The translations under genes and the position numbers were made by a program. DNA of 64,000 bases from a virus (lineage: Duplodnaviria > Caudoviricetes): positions 12,210 to 76,209 of the IMG/VR virus record IMGVR_UViG_3300012041_000002; one strand, written 5' to 3'. The first letter of the stretch is position 1. Each line of letters opens with the position of its first letter. Below, one piece after another: positions 44,901 to 54,432 of the stretch. The notes beneath the pieces were generated by a model. That model ran no database searches. It was not told the DNA's origin and saw only the letters and a list, made by a program, of their open reading frames with translations.

Positions 44901-47900
44901 AGCGGAGTGGTTAGGGAGTATCCTTCCTCCGATTATCGCCTTCGTGTCTGATGCTGTTCAGCAGTTCATCATACCGGCCTTTCAAAAGGTTATAGAGATA
45001 CTTGGCCTGGTGCTCCCACCTATCCTGGCGGTAGTGGGCACTATCCTACAATTCCTGATACCAGCGTTCCAGATGGCGTGGAACATTATCGCCCCCATCG
45101 TCCTGTTCTTGCTCGACGTGATAATCATGGCGTGCCAGGGTATGGCGATAGCCTGGGGTAACTTCGTGGATTGGTGGCAGAACGGTACCGGCCTCATACA
45201 CGACGCCCTGGTGTTCATCTGGGAGGCTGTCACCACCATCTTCGGTGCTATCTTCCAGGCCATAGGCTGGGTAGCCGAGAAGTTAGGTGAGTTCTTCGGT
45301 TGGCTGGCCGGTGCCAGCAGTGAGGCCGGTAAGAAAACCGGGGGTAACTTCACCAACGGTATCGTCGACGGCTGCGAAGAAGGCACTCCCAAGATTGGGC
45401 AGCAAGTGCTCAACATTGGCAAGGGGTTCCAGTCTCTGGAGTCGCCTTCGGGCGTGTCAGGGTACACCTCCGGTTTCAACTGGAGTGGTGGAATCCTAGA
45501 CGGTATCAACGCCAATATCCCTGCGATTGAGAGTGCCGTCAATCAAGTAAATAATCTACTCAACAACCTCGCCATGCAGATGGAATCGGTGGCGAGGGCA
45601 GAGGAAGCAGGTGGAGACTCCTTCTTCCCGACAGATGCAGCTACCAAAGAGAAGCGGGCCAGGATGCTTTACTACCTGGCTACGCGCAAGAGAGACTTAT
45701 CCGGCAATTTAGACATTGCCAAGAAAGCCCAGTTCAACCCGTTTGGTGGGCAATCATCAGGTGGGAGTGGACTACCCACAGGGTTCGACGGGTTGGGTGG
45801 TGGTGACGGTACCAGTCCTTACGAGCCCGGTGGCCCACTCGAGGGTGAATACCCTCATGCCCCAGCCGGTGGGGGTGGTGGGGGCGCTGGCGCCAGAGAA
45901 AAGTCAGCAGCCGAAGTAGCCGCCGACTTGGTGAAGAAAGTCGCCGACGGCATCAAATCAGGCATCGAAGCCATGCGCCAGCTGGCAGCTATGGTAGTGC
46001 CCGCTAATGTCGCCGAGAAGGCCCAGCAGTTTGCCGTCGTAGTGAACGACATCGTTCAGGCCATACAGAAGATAGCCCTACAGTACAACAGCGAAGAAGG
46101 GTTGTCTGTGCTGGAAGCCACGGAGAAGTTCGCTGACGCCTCGGGCAAGGCCATGGGCTTGCTCTCCAAAGGTGTAGAAGCCTTCAAGGCCATAAAGGAT
46201 TTCGCTGCTCCGGCTAAAGAATCCGTGGCAATCTTCGTGGCCTCGGTGAACGATTTCATGGGGCAGTTCGTGCCCATGGCAGCATCGTTCGATGTAGAGA
46301 TGGTAGCCAAGAGCCAGGTGTTCGCTGACGCGGCTGACAAGGCTCTGGGGCTCATCTCCAAGGCAGTAGAGGGCTTCAAGGTGGTTCGGGGAATCCGAGC
46401 CCCTCTCGAGGCCGACATACAAACCCTGGTGGACTCCATCAGGATGTTGATGGATAAGGTTGCGCACATCTCTGATGTGCTGGCCCCTGAGCTAATAGAC
46501 AGGAGCGCCATGTGGGCGGAAGCTGCCGGCAAGGTAGCCGACGCCATGCTAAAAGCCGCCACCTTCCTCAACACCCTCGCCAACCCCAAGTTTAGCATCA
46601 ACGCCTCGGCAGAACGTGTGCAGCAGCTAGTCAACTCAGCCATGCACATAATGAACCTGCTGGGTGATTTGCTCACTGCCAACCCCGGGTGGACTATCGA
46701 GAATGCCGAGCGGGTAGCAGCTTTTGCGGAAACCGCGGGCAAAGTGGCGGAAGCTCTTGGCAAGGCTTCTACCTTCCTCTCGGAATTAGCGGCAGACAGA
46801 GGCCGGACTAAATTCTCCAGTCTCGCGGAGCGCGTACAGGAACTTGTCAACGCAGTAGTTGATATGGGCATCCGTATGCGCAACGCTGTGCAGGAAGAAG
46901 CCTTGGACAATGCACCACTCTTCGCAGAGGGTGCGGCCAAGGTTATCGACAGCCTCATCAAGGTTCTGGAACTGCTGCAAAAGTTGTCCGGCGCCAAGAA
47001 GCTGGGTGACTCTTCCAGAGTGGCCGAACTTTCCAAAGCTGTCGTAGACATGGTTGGGATGTTCAAGTCAGCACTCGCCGCCGCTGGCATCAAGGCTGAC
47101 GAGACTACCGTAGAGGCAGACTCTCTGGTAGCCCAGCTATCCGAAACATACGCAAAGATACTCGAAGCGCCCACAAAGGCGCTCGAGCTGCTGGAGAAGC
47201 TCTCTCAGGCAGACGACATCTTCAAAAAGAACCCCACACGCTTCGTAGGCCAGCTCATCTCCGGTATGAAAGTGGTGTTGCAGGCATTCTCCGCTGCACG
47301 CACCGAACTGGAGGGTTTGGTTGATACGGAACTGGTGGAACTATCTGCCCTCATAGGTGGGGCAGTAGAGGGGCTCTCAAAACCCCTCGATTTACTGAAC
47401 GGATTAGTCTCCTTCCGTCCGGTGTCCGATGCCACAGTAGACAGGTTCATATCCTCTGTACGCACTCTGGTGCAGAAGCTGTCTATACTGCCACTGGAAA
47501 TCGCACCTGCCCTTCTGGACATTGCTCAGGAGTGGGGTGAGAAACTCGGCCCTGCAATAGAGACTCTCGGCGCTGCCCTCGACTTGTTCATAAACCTAGT
47601 CGGTGAAACTGACGAGGAAGGGAAGCGTAAGGGTGGACTGAGGCCAGTCGATGCTGACGCAATAGGCGAACTTACCGGGAAGCTGTGGCTGCTGCTGCAA
47701 AAGCTGCGCACAGACTTGCTGGAGAAGATTGCCCCTGAGATGCTTGACTTGGCGAAGGACTTCGGCGAAAAGGTTGGGCCGGCAGTTGAGATGCTCGACA
47801 AGGCTCTGGGCCTGTTCATCGCTCTGGTGCCCGACTCAGAGGGCAAGGGTGGCCTCAAACCAATAGACGTTGACGCCATAGGCGCTCTCGTGGGCAACCT

Positions 47901-48765
47901 GTACATCCTCCTCCAGCATTACCGAAACGTAATAATGGGCGGGGAGTTCCAGGGTGACTTCGCCGAAAGGGCTGTGGCCTTCGCCGGCACTGCCTCAATA
48001 GTGCTGGATAGCCTCAACTCGGTTCTGCAACTGGCTAAAGACATCCAGACAGCCAACGAAAATGGGGCTATAGATAAACTGCCTGAGATGGTTCAGAAGC
48101 TGGCTACAGCCCTCGCAGCAGCTGCCAGCATAGAGTTCCCCAAACTTGGGGTTGATATGTCGAGCAGCGTGGGACAGATGTTCGCCTCTCTGGTGGCCCT
48201 GTTCCAGCAGCAGACTAACTCGGAAACACCCGGCACCATCGCCTACTACTTCTACGGAAAAAGCATGGAATCCCTGCTCTACCGTATGTGGTTCGCAGTG
48301 GAAGGCAAAGGCGGGCTTCGCCCCACTATGCGCCTGGCCTTCGAAGGCATGATGAACGAAATCGTGCAAGCCGTGCAGGGTTGGGCTACCCAGCTCAAGA
48401 ACGTCTGGAATCAGGTTATGAGTGATATGCGTACCCTGGTGAGTAGCGGGTTGAACGAAATTCGTTCCATGCTCACCTCATTCACACAGGGCTCAATCAC
48501 TATGACTATGACAGTTGACGGGTTGAATGTCCCTGCCCTGGCAAGCGGTGGAGTGGTAACGCGCCCCACCTATGCCTTCCTCGGCGAGGGTGGAGAACCG
48601 GAAGCGGTTATCCCCCTGTCCAAGCTGGAGAAGATGCTGGGAACCGGCGGAAACCAGACAAAGAACAAAACAGTCAACAATATCCGCGCAGCCTACTTCA
48701 ACTCCTACGCAAATCAGAAAGAGTTGGATAGGCGCCAGAGACTTCTGGATACCAGTCCAGACTAA
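41998..48765 (+). CDS. tail tape measure protein (TP901/PhageMin_Tail-type), 2255 aa
   Basis: FEQKM..LGAVL..T..ELQK.A..LG..T.., N.S...V.DL..MK, G.KG.EAGT.MR; amphipathic repeats; C-terminal LASGG.V..PT.A..GE.G.PEAVIPL. Confidence 0.95.
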   Translation: MADRTVKAVVRVTGDSKQATDAIQKTVKAMQDAGAASVKVTNTVAQRAVKANSDMDASQKKLAGAITNTTSITSKWVKANADSKGVMAGVTAQVRAAGQSYREFGTHAQNSLTQLGGAGRSLGQAIATIVREARTIAPIFTSTARSGVGLRQQLRSLGGDLRNVGLIMRTSLAAGGGQVRQVFVNLGGAFHAFLKSIPLAIRGTVALAQAMGKVASASLGVVAGVGKAGAAVHAAAARFMGFGKSTGGSFATVGTHMAGLAVRLQGMQTGLYAVGGAMTVLANKAKEAFADILNVAGEFEQKMVTLGAVLGKSVSEGTKAELQKFAIQLGQFTPISSNEAATVLNTLIRGGKTVTEVMNGAAYATIALAKANEMELLPAAQAVIQATNVFSAQNLGAVDAVNTMTKVANASSVEVKDLADTMKNAGSAAAVMQVDFKEFMLLAGTLGDMGIKGGEAGTAMRYFFLNLIPTTQKSIRLMREYGLLVIDNAKATTLLGEAGIQYTKTEEGMLEGLWKMVGGVKQLGKSYAESVSDGEPAVKKFQQYLVHQGIVTSKFVDTQTGKLKASREILKELFESFGKLTPVQAADKMGEIFGVRGGFKSAAPLFMAYQENRKKIELEIEKINELERKRYITKEQANAQIAALEKESGNLIDKLMGEMENYGNAVDIMQERQNTWVGSNEYLQSSLEALKVVLGTPLLDTFSPIIRGIGDIINQLTTLAEANPEIVKTLGLISMGAAAFAGLAGPIMVLSAAWPYLMMGLSSMAAGIFPVIGLLTLLAGAVTAVLVAVADPSLGILPAIQQASAALGEMLPAAIAIATQFFNEILLPIGYAIALFFRDILLPAIVAFAGWMIDNLPAAISAASDVLTNVLIPALAMLFTWLAGFIPQALNIMASLWSNLIVPILGFFANLIATVVIPALMQLGSWLGQFLPVAIGILADIWNGVLAPIITFLADVIFNLLLPAFMAVAEWLGSILPPIIAFVSDAVQQFIIPAFQKVIEILGLVLPPILAVVGTILQFLIPAFQMAWNIIAPIVLFLLDVIIMACQGMAIAWGNFVDWWQNGTGLIHDALVFIWEAVTTIFGAIFQAIGWVAEKLGEFFGWLAGASSEAGKKTGGNFTNGIVDGCEEGTPKIGQQVLNIGKGFQSLESPSGVSGYTSGFNWSGGILDGINANIPAIESAVNQVNNLLNNLAMQMESVARAEEAGGDSFFPTDAATKEKRARMLYYLATRKRDLSGNLDIAKKAQFNPFGGQSSGGSGLPTGFDGLGGGDGTSPYEPGGPLEGEYPHAPAGGGGGGAGAREKSAAEVAADLVKKVADGIKSGIEAMRQLAAMVVPANVAEKAQQFAVVVNDIVQAIQKIALQYNSEEGLSVLEATEKFADASGKAMGLLSKGVEAFKAIKDFAAPAKESVAIFVASVNDFMGQFVPMAASFDVEMVAKSQVFADAADKALGLISKAVEGFKVVRGIRAPLEADIQTLVDSIRMLMDKVAHISDVLAPELIDRSAMWAEAAGKVADAMLKAATFLNTLANPKFSINASAERVQQLVNSAMHIMNLLGDLLTANPGWTIENAERVAAFAETAGKVAEALGKASTFLSELAADRGRTKFSSLAERVQELVNAVVDMGIRMRNAVQEEALDNAPLFAEGAAKVIDSLIKVLELLQKLSGAKKLGDSSRVAELSKAVVDMVGMFKSALAAAGIKADETTVEADSLVAQLSETYAKILEAPTKALELLEKLSQADDIFKKNPTRFVGQLISGMKVVLQAFSAARTELEGLVDTELVELSALIGGAVEGLSKPLDLLNGLVSFRPVSDATVDRFISSVRTLVQKLSILPLEIAPALLDIAQEWGEKLGPAIETLGAALDLFINLVGETDEEGKRKGGLRPVDADAIGELTGKLWLLLQKLRTDLLEKIAPEMLDLAKDFGEKVGPAVEMLDKALGLFIALVPDSEGKGGLKPIDVDAIGALVGNLYILLQHYRNVIMGGEFQGDFAERAVAFAGTASIVLDSLNSVLQLAKDIQTANENGAIDKLPEMVQKLATALAAAASIEFPKLGVDMSSSVGQMFASLVALFQQQTNSETPGTIAYYFYGKSMESLLYRMWFAVEGKGGLRPTMRLAFEGMMNEIVQAVQGWATQLKNVWNQVMSDMRTLVSSGLNEIRSMLTSFTQGSITMTMTVDGLNVPALASGGVVTRPTYAFLGEGGEPEAVIPLSKLEKMLGTGGNQTKNKTVNNIRAAYFNSYANQKELDRRQRLLDTSPD

Positions 48766-48771
48766 TAGTTT

Positions 48772-48793
48772 GGGGTGGGTGAAAGCCCACCCC
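48772..48793 (+). repeat. GAAA-tetraloop hairpin, copy 2
   Basis: GGGGTGGGT-GAAA-GCCCACCCC. Confidence 0.75.
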
Positions 48794-48810
48794 TATTGTA
48801 AGGAGTAAGT

Positions 48811-50853
48811 ATGCCATCTGCGTATGATGTGCTCATAAAGTATGGTGAGGATTTCGCATTCAGCCTGAACCTGAATGACAGAACCAACTATTTCTGTAAG
48901 CCACACTCAGCCAACTCCAGCCCCGAACAATCTATAGAGTTGTCGGAGACTGAATACGCCTCGCCTTTTGTGCAAAGAGTTTCGATGAACGAGCGGGTGC
49001 TGTCTATCAACTTTACCATAAAAGCCGAGCCCTTCACTTTCTCCTACTACACCAAGCTGAACGCAGTCAAGAAAGCCCTCGGCAATGGCCCAATCAGGCT
49101 GGTGCTCACCCGTCAGGGTATCGGCGACTTGCTAATCGAGGCCGAGTCCGAGCAACTCATCGAAGGCGGGCACCCGTGTGACTTTGAGATACACCTGCTT
49201 TCTGCCGACCCGGTGTGGACTTTACTGGGCACGGAGGAAGAGGAGAGCATCACGATTGGCTCCAGCCCCGTAAGCAACCCGGAGATACCCTTCCCACCTT
49301 ATGTAGGCACGGCGCCCACCGAACCTGTCGTAACCTTTGAGGTTGACGGACACTCAGGGGTGTGGAGATATTACCGGGACATCACAATTACCAACCGCTC
49401 CACCCTTCCCCTATCCTATTATCCAGTGTGCATTGACTTGGGTGACATCAGTGCTCAGGTGGGCACTAAATTCTTCGAGGTTGGTGGTGGAAACCAGCGT
49501 ATCAAAGATATTCGTCTGGAGTCGCAGGGGGGTGCTGCCAAGCAATTCTACCAGCGAGACATAGGCGAGCGCGGGGGTACATGGCATACCTCAGTCAAAC
49601 TGTGGACGGTTATCTACTCTCTGCAACCTGACGAGTCGAAAGTGCTGCGCGTGCTGTACGGCAATTCTTTGTGTTCCCCTCTGGTGGAGAACTCCACCGT
49701 CAAGCCCATGTTCAACATGTACGACTCCAACAATGGGGAGTGGATATTCGCCGACTTTTTGCCGGCGCAAAACCAGTCACAGGAGCGCAATATGCCCTGG
49801 GGGCCATACACCCCAAACCGCATGAACATGGACTGGATAAAGTACCCGCACCCTCACTTCGACAACCCAAACGCCCCGTATGTAGTGCCCTGCGCGGGAG
49901 GGAAGGTGCAATACTTTGGCCGCGGCAGGGGGTTTGCCGGTGTGGGGCTCAACCTACCGGTGCCAATTGCCTCGGTTGACTTTGACTACCAATTCTCAAC
50001 TAACATCAAGGCTCCGTTAGTATTACGAAGGCTTTACCCGGACGGGCGCTACTTCGACGATTGGAGTATCCCGGACTCTGTGAATATTTTAGGTAAGAGT
50101 GTCTACGCCCAATTAGCGGCGAATGCCCTTACCGGTTACGTGAACATCACCCTCGATATGGTGACGAGGGGTGGGGATACGTTCGCTGTCAACGACAGGG
50201 TAGCTATCAAGCTGGACAACGGCAGCACCCACCGCAGCCTGATTACCGCAGTAAACACCGGCACCAAGGTTATCACCTTGCAGACGGCAATGCCCTCGAA
50301 TGCCAGCATAGGCAACCGGGCGCAGCAGTTCCAGACAGGCAGCACTACGGTATCCTTCCCCACAACCGACTATCCCTATGGGGTGGTATTCGGGCTTCGG
50401 GTGGACTTGCCTGAGTACAATCTCGGCGATTGGTACTACGGTGCGGCCAATACGGCCACCATCAACTTCCAATCGTCCAAGACTCCCGGTGTAACCGCGT
50501 GGGGCTCGGCTACGGAAGTAGACTTGACTGTGGTTGGATACCAGCTCTCGGGACGCTTCGGCAACCCTATAGTTGGTGAGTACGTAGGCGTACACACCAT
50601 CCTTTCTACGGTTGGTGACAAGCTGGTTGTGGATTGCAAGAATAGAAGCGCCATTTATTACCACTGGAATGGTTCCGGCTACGATGAAGGGGTGGACAGG
50701 TTCGAGGCACTCTATTTTGACGAGGAAGTGCGCAGGTACTGGGTGCATGTGGCCCCCATTGACACCCTGCAAAGTATCGAGTTTATCGCCGACTCCCAAT
50801 CTAACTTCTCCAACATCACCGTCACAGCCCGCTATCCGATAAGGTATCTGTAA
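48811..50853 (+). CDS. distal tail (Dit-like) protein with large inserted domains
   Basis: Directly after the tape measure; Dit-like ends (F.I.L...DP.W; final ...Y) enclosing a WRYYRDITITN..DIRL (DUF2341-like) insert. Confidence 0.7.
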   Translation: MPSAYDVLIKYGEDFAFSLNLNDRTNYFCKPHSANSSPEQSIELSETEYASPFVQRVSMNERVLSINFTIKAEPFTFSYYTKLNAVKKALGNGPIRLVLTRQGIGDLLIEAESEQLIEGGHPCDFEIHLLSADPVWTLLGTEEEESITIGSSPVSNPEIPFPPYVGTAPTEPVVTFEVDGHSGVWRYYRDITITNRSTLPLSYYPVCIDLGDISAQVGTKFFEVGGGNQRIKDIRLESQGGAAKQFYQRDIGERGGTWHTSVKLWTVIYSLQPDESKVLRVLYGNSLCSPLVENSTVKPMFNMYDSNNGEWIFADFLPAQNQSQERNMPWGPYTPNRMNMDWIKYPHPHFDNPNAPYVVPCAGGKVQYFGRGRGFAGVGLNLPVPIASVDFDYQFSTNIKAPLVLRRLYPDGRYFDDWSIPDSVNILGKSVYAQLAANALTGYVNITLDMVTRGGDTFAVNDRVAIKLDNGSTHRSLITAVNTGTKVITLQTAMPSNASIGNRAQQFQTGSTTVSFPTTDYPYGVVFGLRVDLPEYNLGDWYYGAANTATINFQSSKTPGVTAWGSATEVDLTVVGYQLSGRFGNPIVGEYVGVHTILSTVGDKLVVDCKNRSAIYYHWNGSGYDEGVDRFEALYFDEEVRRYWVHVAPIDTLQSIEFIADSQSNFSNITVTARYPIRYL

Positions 50854-51969
50854 ATGTATCACAGGATTGTAGCTCATAATCGCCTTGGGGAGCCGCTGGC
50901 GGAATTGCACAAAGCCTGGGCTGTCTCTCGCGCAGTGGCTCTCAACAAAGGTGGGGTACTCACCTTCAATATGTCCGTCGAGGACACCAAGTGTACCGAG
51001 GCAAACCTGGATTACAACAATCTCATAGGGGTGTACTCGGACGAGTTTGAGCCCTGGTGGGGTTACGTTGTCGAACATTCCCAGACAGGCGGGCAGATGG
51101 CTATTACCTGCCACCATATCCTGCACAGGCTTGGCAGGCGGCTCACTCGCCCCGGCAAGATGGAGAACGTCACTGCCGGGGCTATCTTCCGCTTCTTACT
51201 CGGGGAGGCTAATAGGGAAGAGTCGTGCGGCATCAATTTAGGAGAAGTGTTCGACGGTGGCAAGGTGTACACGATGGAGTTTGAGTACGAGAGTATCTAT
51301 GACAAGATACAGGATTTGCTCGAAATGTCCGGGTGTTACTTGCAGATGGAAACCATTCGCCCCGGCCTGTGGGAGTTGAGCCTCGTGGAGAAGGTTGGCC
51401 GAGATTTGACGGATACGGTGGTTTTCTACCGGGGCATCGACTTCGACGGTAAGCCCGAGATGCGTGGTGACAACACGCAGTTCGCCAACAGAGTGTTCGC
51501 CCTGGGACAGCACGAGGAAAGTTCTGACGAAACCGAGCGCCCCATAGGTGAGTACACCGACTGGAATTCCGTGCAGGATGAAGGGCTGTCAGAGCTTCCC
51601 ATTGAAGTATCTGATGTGTCGGACAGGCACACGCTGGACGTTTTAGCCAGGGCCGAGGTAAACAAGCGCTTGAAGGCTTACTACACCATACCCATAACCC
51701 TCAACCGCAAACGCGAGTTGTGGAGCAAATTTACCGATGGGGATATTGTATGCGTCTATCTACCCGGGTACATGTTCAAGGGGGCAGTTCTACCGATGCG
51801 GATACTGGGGCGTGAGCCCAACGAAGCCAAGGGCATCATGGTGGTGGCGGCAGAGGTTGTTCGAGGAGAACAGGCGCAACTACTATCCATGTATAAAAAT
51901 TCTCACTACGGCACCCGTTTGGGAGACTTACCAGAACTTCCGAAAGACGAAAACCCACCCACAGAATAG
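50854..51969 (+). CDS. tail hub / Tal-like minor tail protein (ReqiPepy6 Gp37-like)
   Basis: LN..G.LTF.M, WWGYV, N..FALG, GD.V.V..P..; position after Dit. Confidence 0.75.
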   Translation: MYHRIVAHNRLGEPLAELHKAWAVSRAVALNKGGVLTFNMSVEDTKCTEANLDYNNLIGVYSDEFEPWWGYVVEHSQTGGQMAITCHHILHRLGRRLTRPGKMENVTAGAIFRFLLGEANREESCGINLGEVFDGGKVYTMEFEYESIYDKIQDLLEMSGCYLQMETIRPGLWELSLVEKVGRDLTDTVVFYRGIDFDGKPEMRGDNTQFANRVFALGQHEESSDETERPIGEYTDWNSVQDEGLSELPIEVSDVSDRHTLDVLARAEVNKRLKAYYTIPITLNRKRELWSKFTDGDIVCVYLPGYMFKGAVLPMRILGREPNEAKGIMVVAAEVVRGEQAQLLSMYKNSHYGTRLGDLPELPKDENPPTE

Positions 51970-51977
51970 GAGGAAAT

Positions 51978-53060
51978 ATGGCAGACGGAGATAAGCTAAA
52001 CTCCGTTCTAAACCCGTCCTCCCAACCTGTGCGATTGAGGAAACTGGAGAAGCAGGTTCGAAGCATACGCCAGAACCTGCACCAGGGCCCGGGTATTGTC
52101 GAGGGTGGACAGTTTGGCTCCAGGACAGCCGAGGAGCCCCCCACAAAGTTTTACATAGAAGATGAGCATTCTGGCAACAGTTTCGAGATTTACAAGAACC
52201 AGAAGCTAATCTTCACCGTCGACAAGGCGGGAAACATCAACACCCAGGGTGGTGACGCGGAAATTCTCCCCACCCCCACAGGACTGTTGACTGTCGGGCG
52301 AACCGCCACTATTGGGGTACGGTTCGACAGGCTACTGCGCTCCGCATACCCCGACTATTACTACACAGAGATATACAAGATAGCCGATGGCGGCACCATC
52401 CTCGACGGGCAGCTGGTTGCCATATCGGACACCGGTTATGCGGAATTCTCGTGGGACGTCGAAAACGACACCCAGGGTATCGTCAACTACACCCACGTCA
52501 TAGCCCGCCACGCGGGCTTCTCCGGGCAATTTTCTCCGGTGTGCGCCCAGCAGGTTATCAACACCAAGCTGATAAAGGGTGTTGACTTGGAGGAAACCGG
52601 GGTTACCCCGGGCAGCTACGACAATGCTAACGTTACCGTCGACATCTGGGGGCGCATCACCGACATAGAAACCGGGGGTAGTACCGAGGCCGGTAACAAA
52701 GCGTCGTTCCAGCTCTCTATCCAATCAGAGCCGGGAATAATCACCACAGGCCCAAAGCCGGGGCACGTCCGAATCCCCTACAACTGCACACTCAACAAAG
52801 TAACCATTGTTTGCCAGGAGGGGCACACCAGCTCGGCCTCGGTGGACGTGGAAATGACTACTTTCGCAAACTACCCTGCGAGTTTCGCTTCCATCACCGG
52901 CAGTTCCCCACCCACCATTTCCGCGGCCTACAAGGCCGAGGACTCCACCCTCACAGGTTGGGACACAAGTTTCGCAGTGGGGGATATGCTCCGATTGAAT
53001 GTACTTTCCAATGACGATGCCAGTGAACTTACACTGGCGTTCTTTCTCACCAAAACTTAG
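51978..53060 (+). CDS. minor tail / fibre protein
   Basis: TGVTPGSY..VTVD.WGRIT tail-fibre motif; conserved C-terminal beta domain. Confidence 0.7.
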   Translation: MADGDKLNSVLNPSSQPVRLRKLEKQVRSIRQNLHQGPGIVEGGQFGSRTAEEPPTKFYIEDEHSGNSFEIYKNQKLIFTVDKAGNINTQGGDAEILPTPTGLLTVGRTATIGVRFDRLLRSAYPDYYYTEIYKIADGGTILDGQLVAISDTGYAEFSWDVENDTQGIVNYTHVIARHAGFSGQFSPVCAQQVINTKLIKGVDLEETGVTPGSYDNANVTVDIWGRITDIETGGSTEAGNKASFQLSIQSEPGIITTGPKPGHVRIPYNCTLNKVTIVCQEGHTSSASVDVEMTTFANYPASFASITGSSPPTISAAYKAEDSTLTGWDTSFAVGDMLRLNVLSNDDASELTLAFFLTKT

Positions 53061-53068
53061 GAGAACCT

Positions 53069-54097
53069 ATGCTACTTGGAATGGATAGCTTTGACGGCTA
53101 TACCTCCTCTACCGACATGGGGAAAAAGTGGTTAGCGGCCTCTGGAACTATAACGGCCAGTGTTGGGCGCAACGGTACAAGCGGCTTACGTATAGGCGGC
53201 GGGGCAAACCCTATTTGGGCTATCGGTACACAGACTGAGGTTGTAACCGGGTTTAGTTGCCAGATAAACACAGCCCTCGGCTCGTCTACCAGTATATGTG
53301 AACTCCGAAACGGTACCTCTCAACAGCTCGAACTCAGGGTTACCACCGACTATAAATTACAGGTAACCAGGGGAGGCGCCGGAACTATACTGGCAACCAG
53401 CACAACTGCACTACTCACGCTTGCGGTTACCGCACACATACAGTTCAAAGCCTTACTACACACCAGCAGCGGCGGAAACTTTCATGTAAAGGTGAATGGG
53501 GTTACCGTATCCTGGGACTCTGCTAATACCGGGCGCACCACAGCGGCCTCTCCCGGTACAGCCGACAGGCTTTACATTACAGGACACGGCACCGGGAGTG
53601 GTAGTACCGTCATAGACGATTTTTGGGTGTGTGATACATCAGGCTCACTCAACAACGATTTTCTTGGGGATTGCCGTGTCGAGTGTATACGCCCCAATGC
53701 TGCCGGCGATACCACCCAGTGGGACAGGAATACCGGCTCCACTAATTATGAGGCTGTGGATGATACTGCTCCCGACGGTGACAGCACCTACGTGTATACC
53801 GGGGTTGACGGTGAGATAGATTTATACAACTTTGGCAGTCTGGTTTCTACCTCCGGGTTGGTACTGGCCCTCCAAACCATAATCTACGCACGCAAGGATG
53901 ACGCCGGCGCCAGAAAGTTATCCACACTCCTCAAGTCTGGTGGTACGGAGTATCCAACCGACACCTCCCTTGAGGTATCCCTGAACGACGACTACAACAT
54001 GATTATCAACCGCTTCGAAGAGAACCCAGTCACTACTGATGCCTGGACTATCTCGGAAGTAAATGCCGCGCAATTCGGGTTCAAACTCACCGACTAA
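53069..54097 (+). CDS. structural tail-associated beta protein
   Basis: MLLGMDSFDGY...DDFWV.D..G..NNDFLGD.RV...P..G....W...N..VD...PD.D..Y motif common in uncultured phage tail regions. Confidence 0.7.
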   Translation: MLLGMDSFDGYTSSTDMGKKWLAASGTITASVGRNGTSGLRIGGGANPIWAIGTQTEVVTGFSCQINTALGSSTSICELRNGTSQQLELRVTTDYKLQVTRGGAGTILATSTTALLTLAVTAHIQFKALLHTSSGGNFHVKVNGVTVSWDSANTGRTTAASPGTADRLYITGHGTGSGSTVIDDFWVCDTSGSLNNDFLGDCRVECIRPNAAGDTTQWDRNTGSTNYEAVDDTAPDGDSTYVYTGVDGEIDLYNFGSLVSTSGLVLALQTIIYARKDDAGARKLSTLLKSGGTEYPTDTSLEVSLNDDYNMIINRFEENPVTTDAWTISEVNAAQFGFKLTD

Positions 54098-54108
54098 GGA
54101 GATAATTT

Positions 54109-54417
54109 ATGGCACTTGATGCCGGTATTGTCTCCCAGGACATCGTTGAGGTTATTGTTGAGGTTGACAATAATAAAGCCCGGGTTAGCCAGGGCTCCGT
54201 TGAGGCTCTAGTACAGCCGGATAGTAACTTCGCCCGGGTGAGCCAGGTTGTGCTTGAAGTGCTGGTAACGCCGCCCCTCAATGCTTCCCTGGTTAGTCAG
54301 AGTAGTGTAGAGGCGCTTGTGGCCCCGGACAACAACACCGCCAGAGTAAGCCAAATTTTGAGTGAAGTCCTTGTAGGCCCCGCTCGAGAACGAGTAAAAA
54401 TCATTTTCTTCGACTAA
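54109..54417 (+). CDS. small protein built from five ~18-aa VSQxxxE repeats
   Basis: IVSQDIVEV, RVSQGSVEA, RVSQVVLEV, LVSQSSVEA, RVSQILSEV. Confidence 0.75.
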   Translation: MALDAGIVSQDIVEVIVEVDNNKARVSQGSVEALVQPDSNFARVSQVVLEVLVTPPLNASLVSQSSVEALVAPDNNTARVSQILSEVLVGPARERVKIIFFD

Positions 54418-54432
54418 AACAAAGGAGTATAC

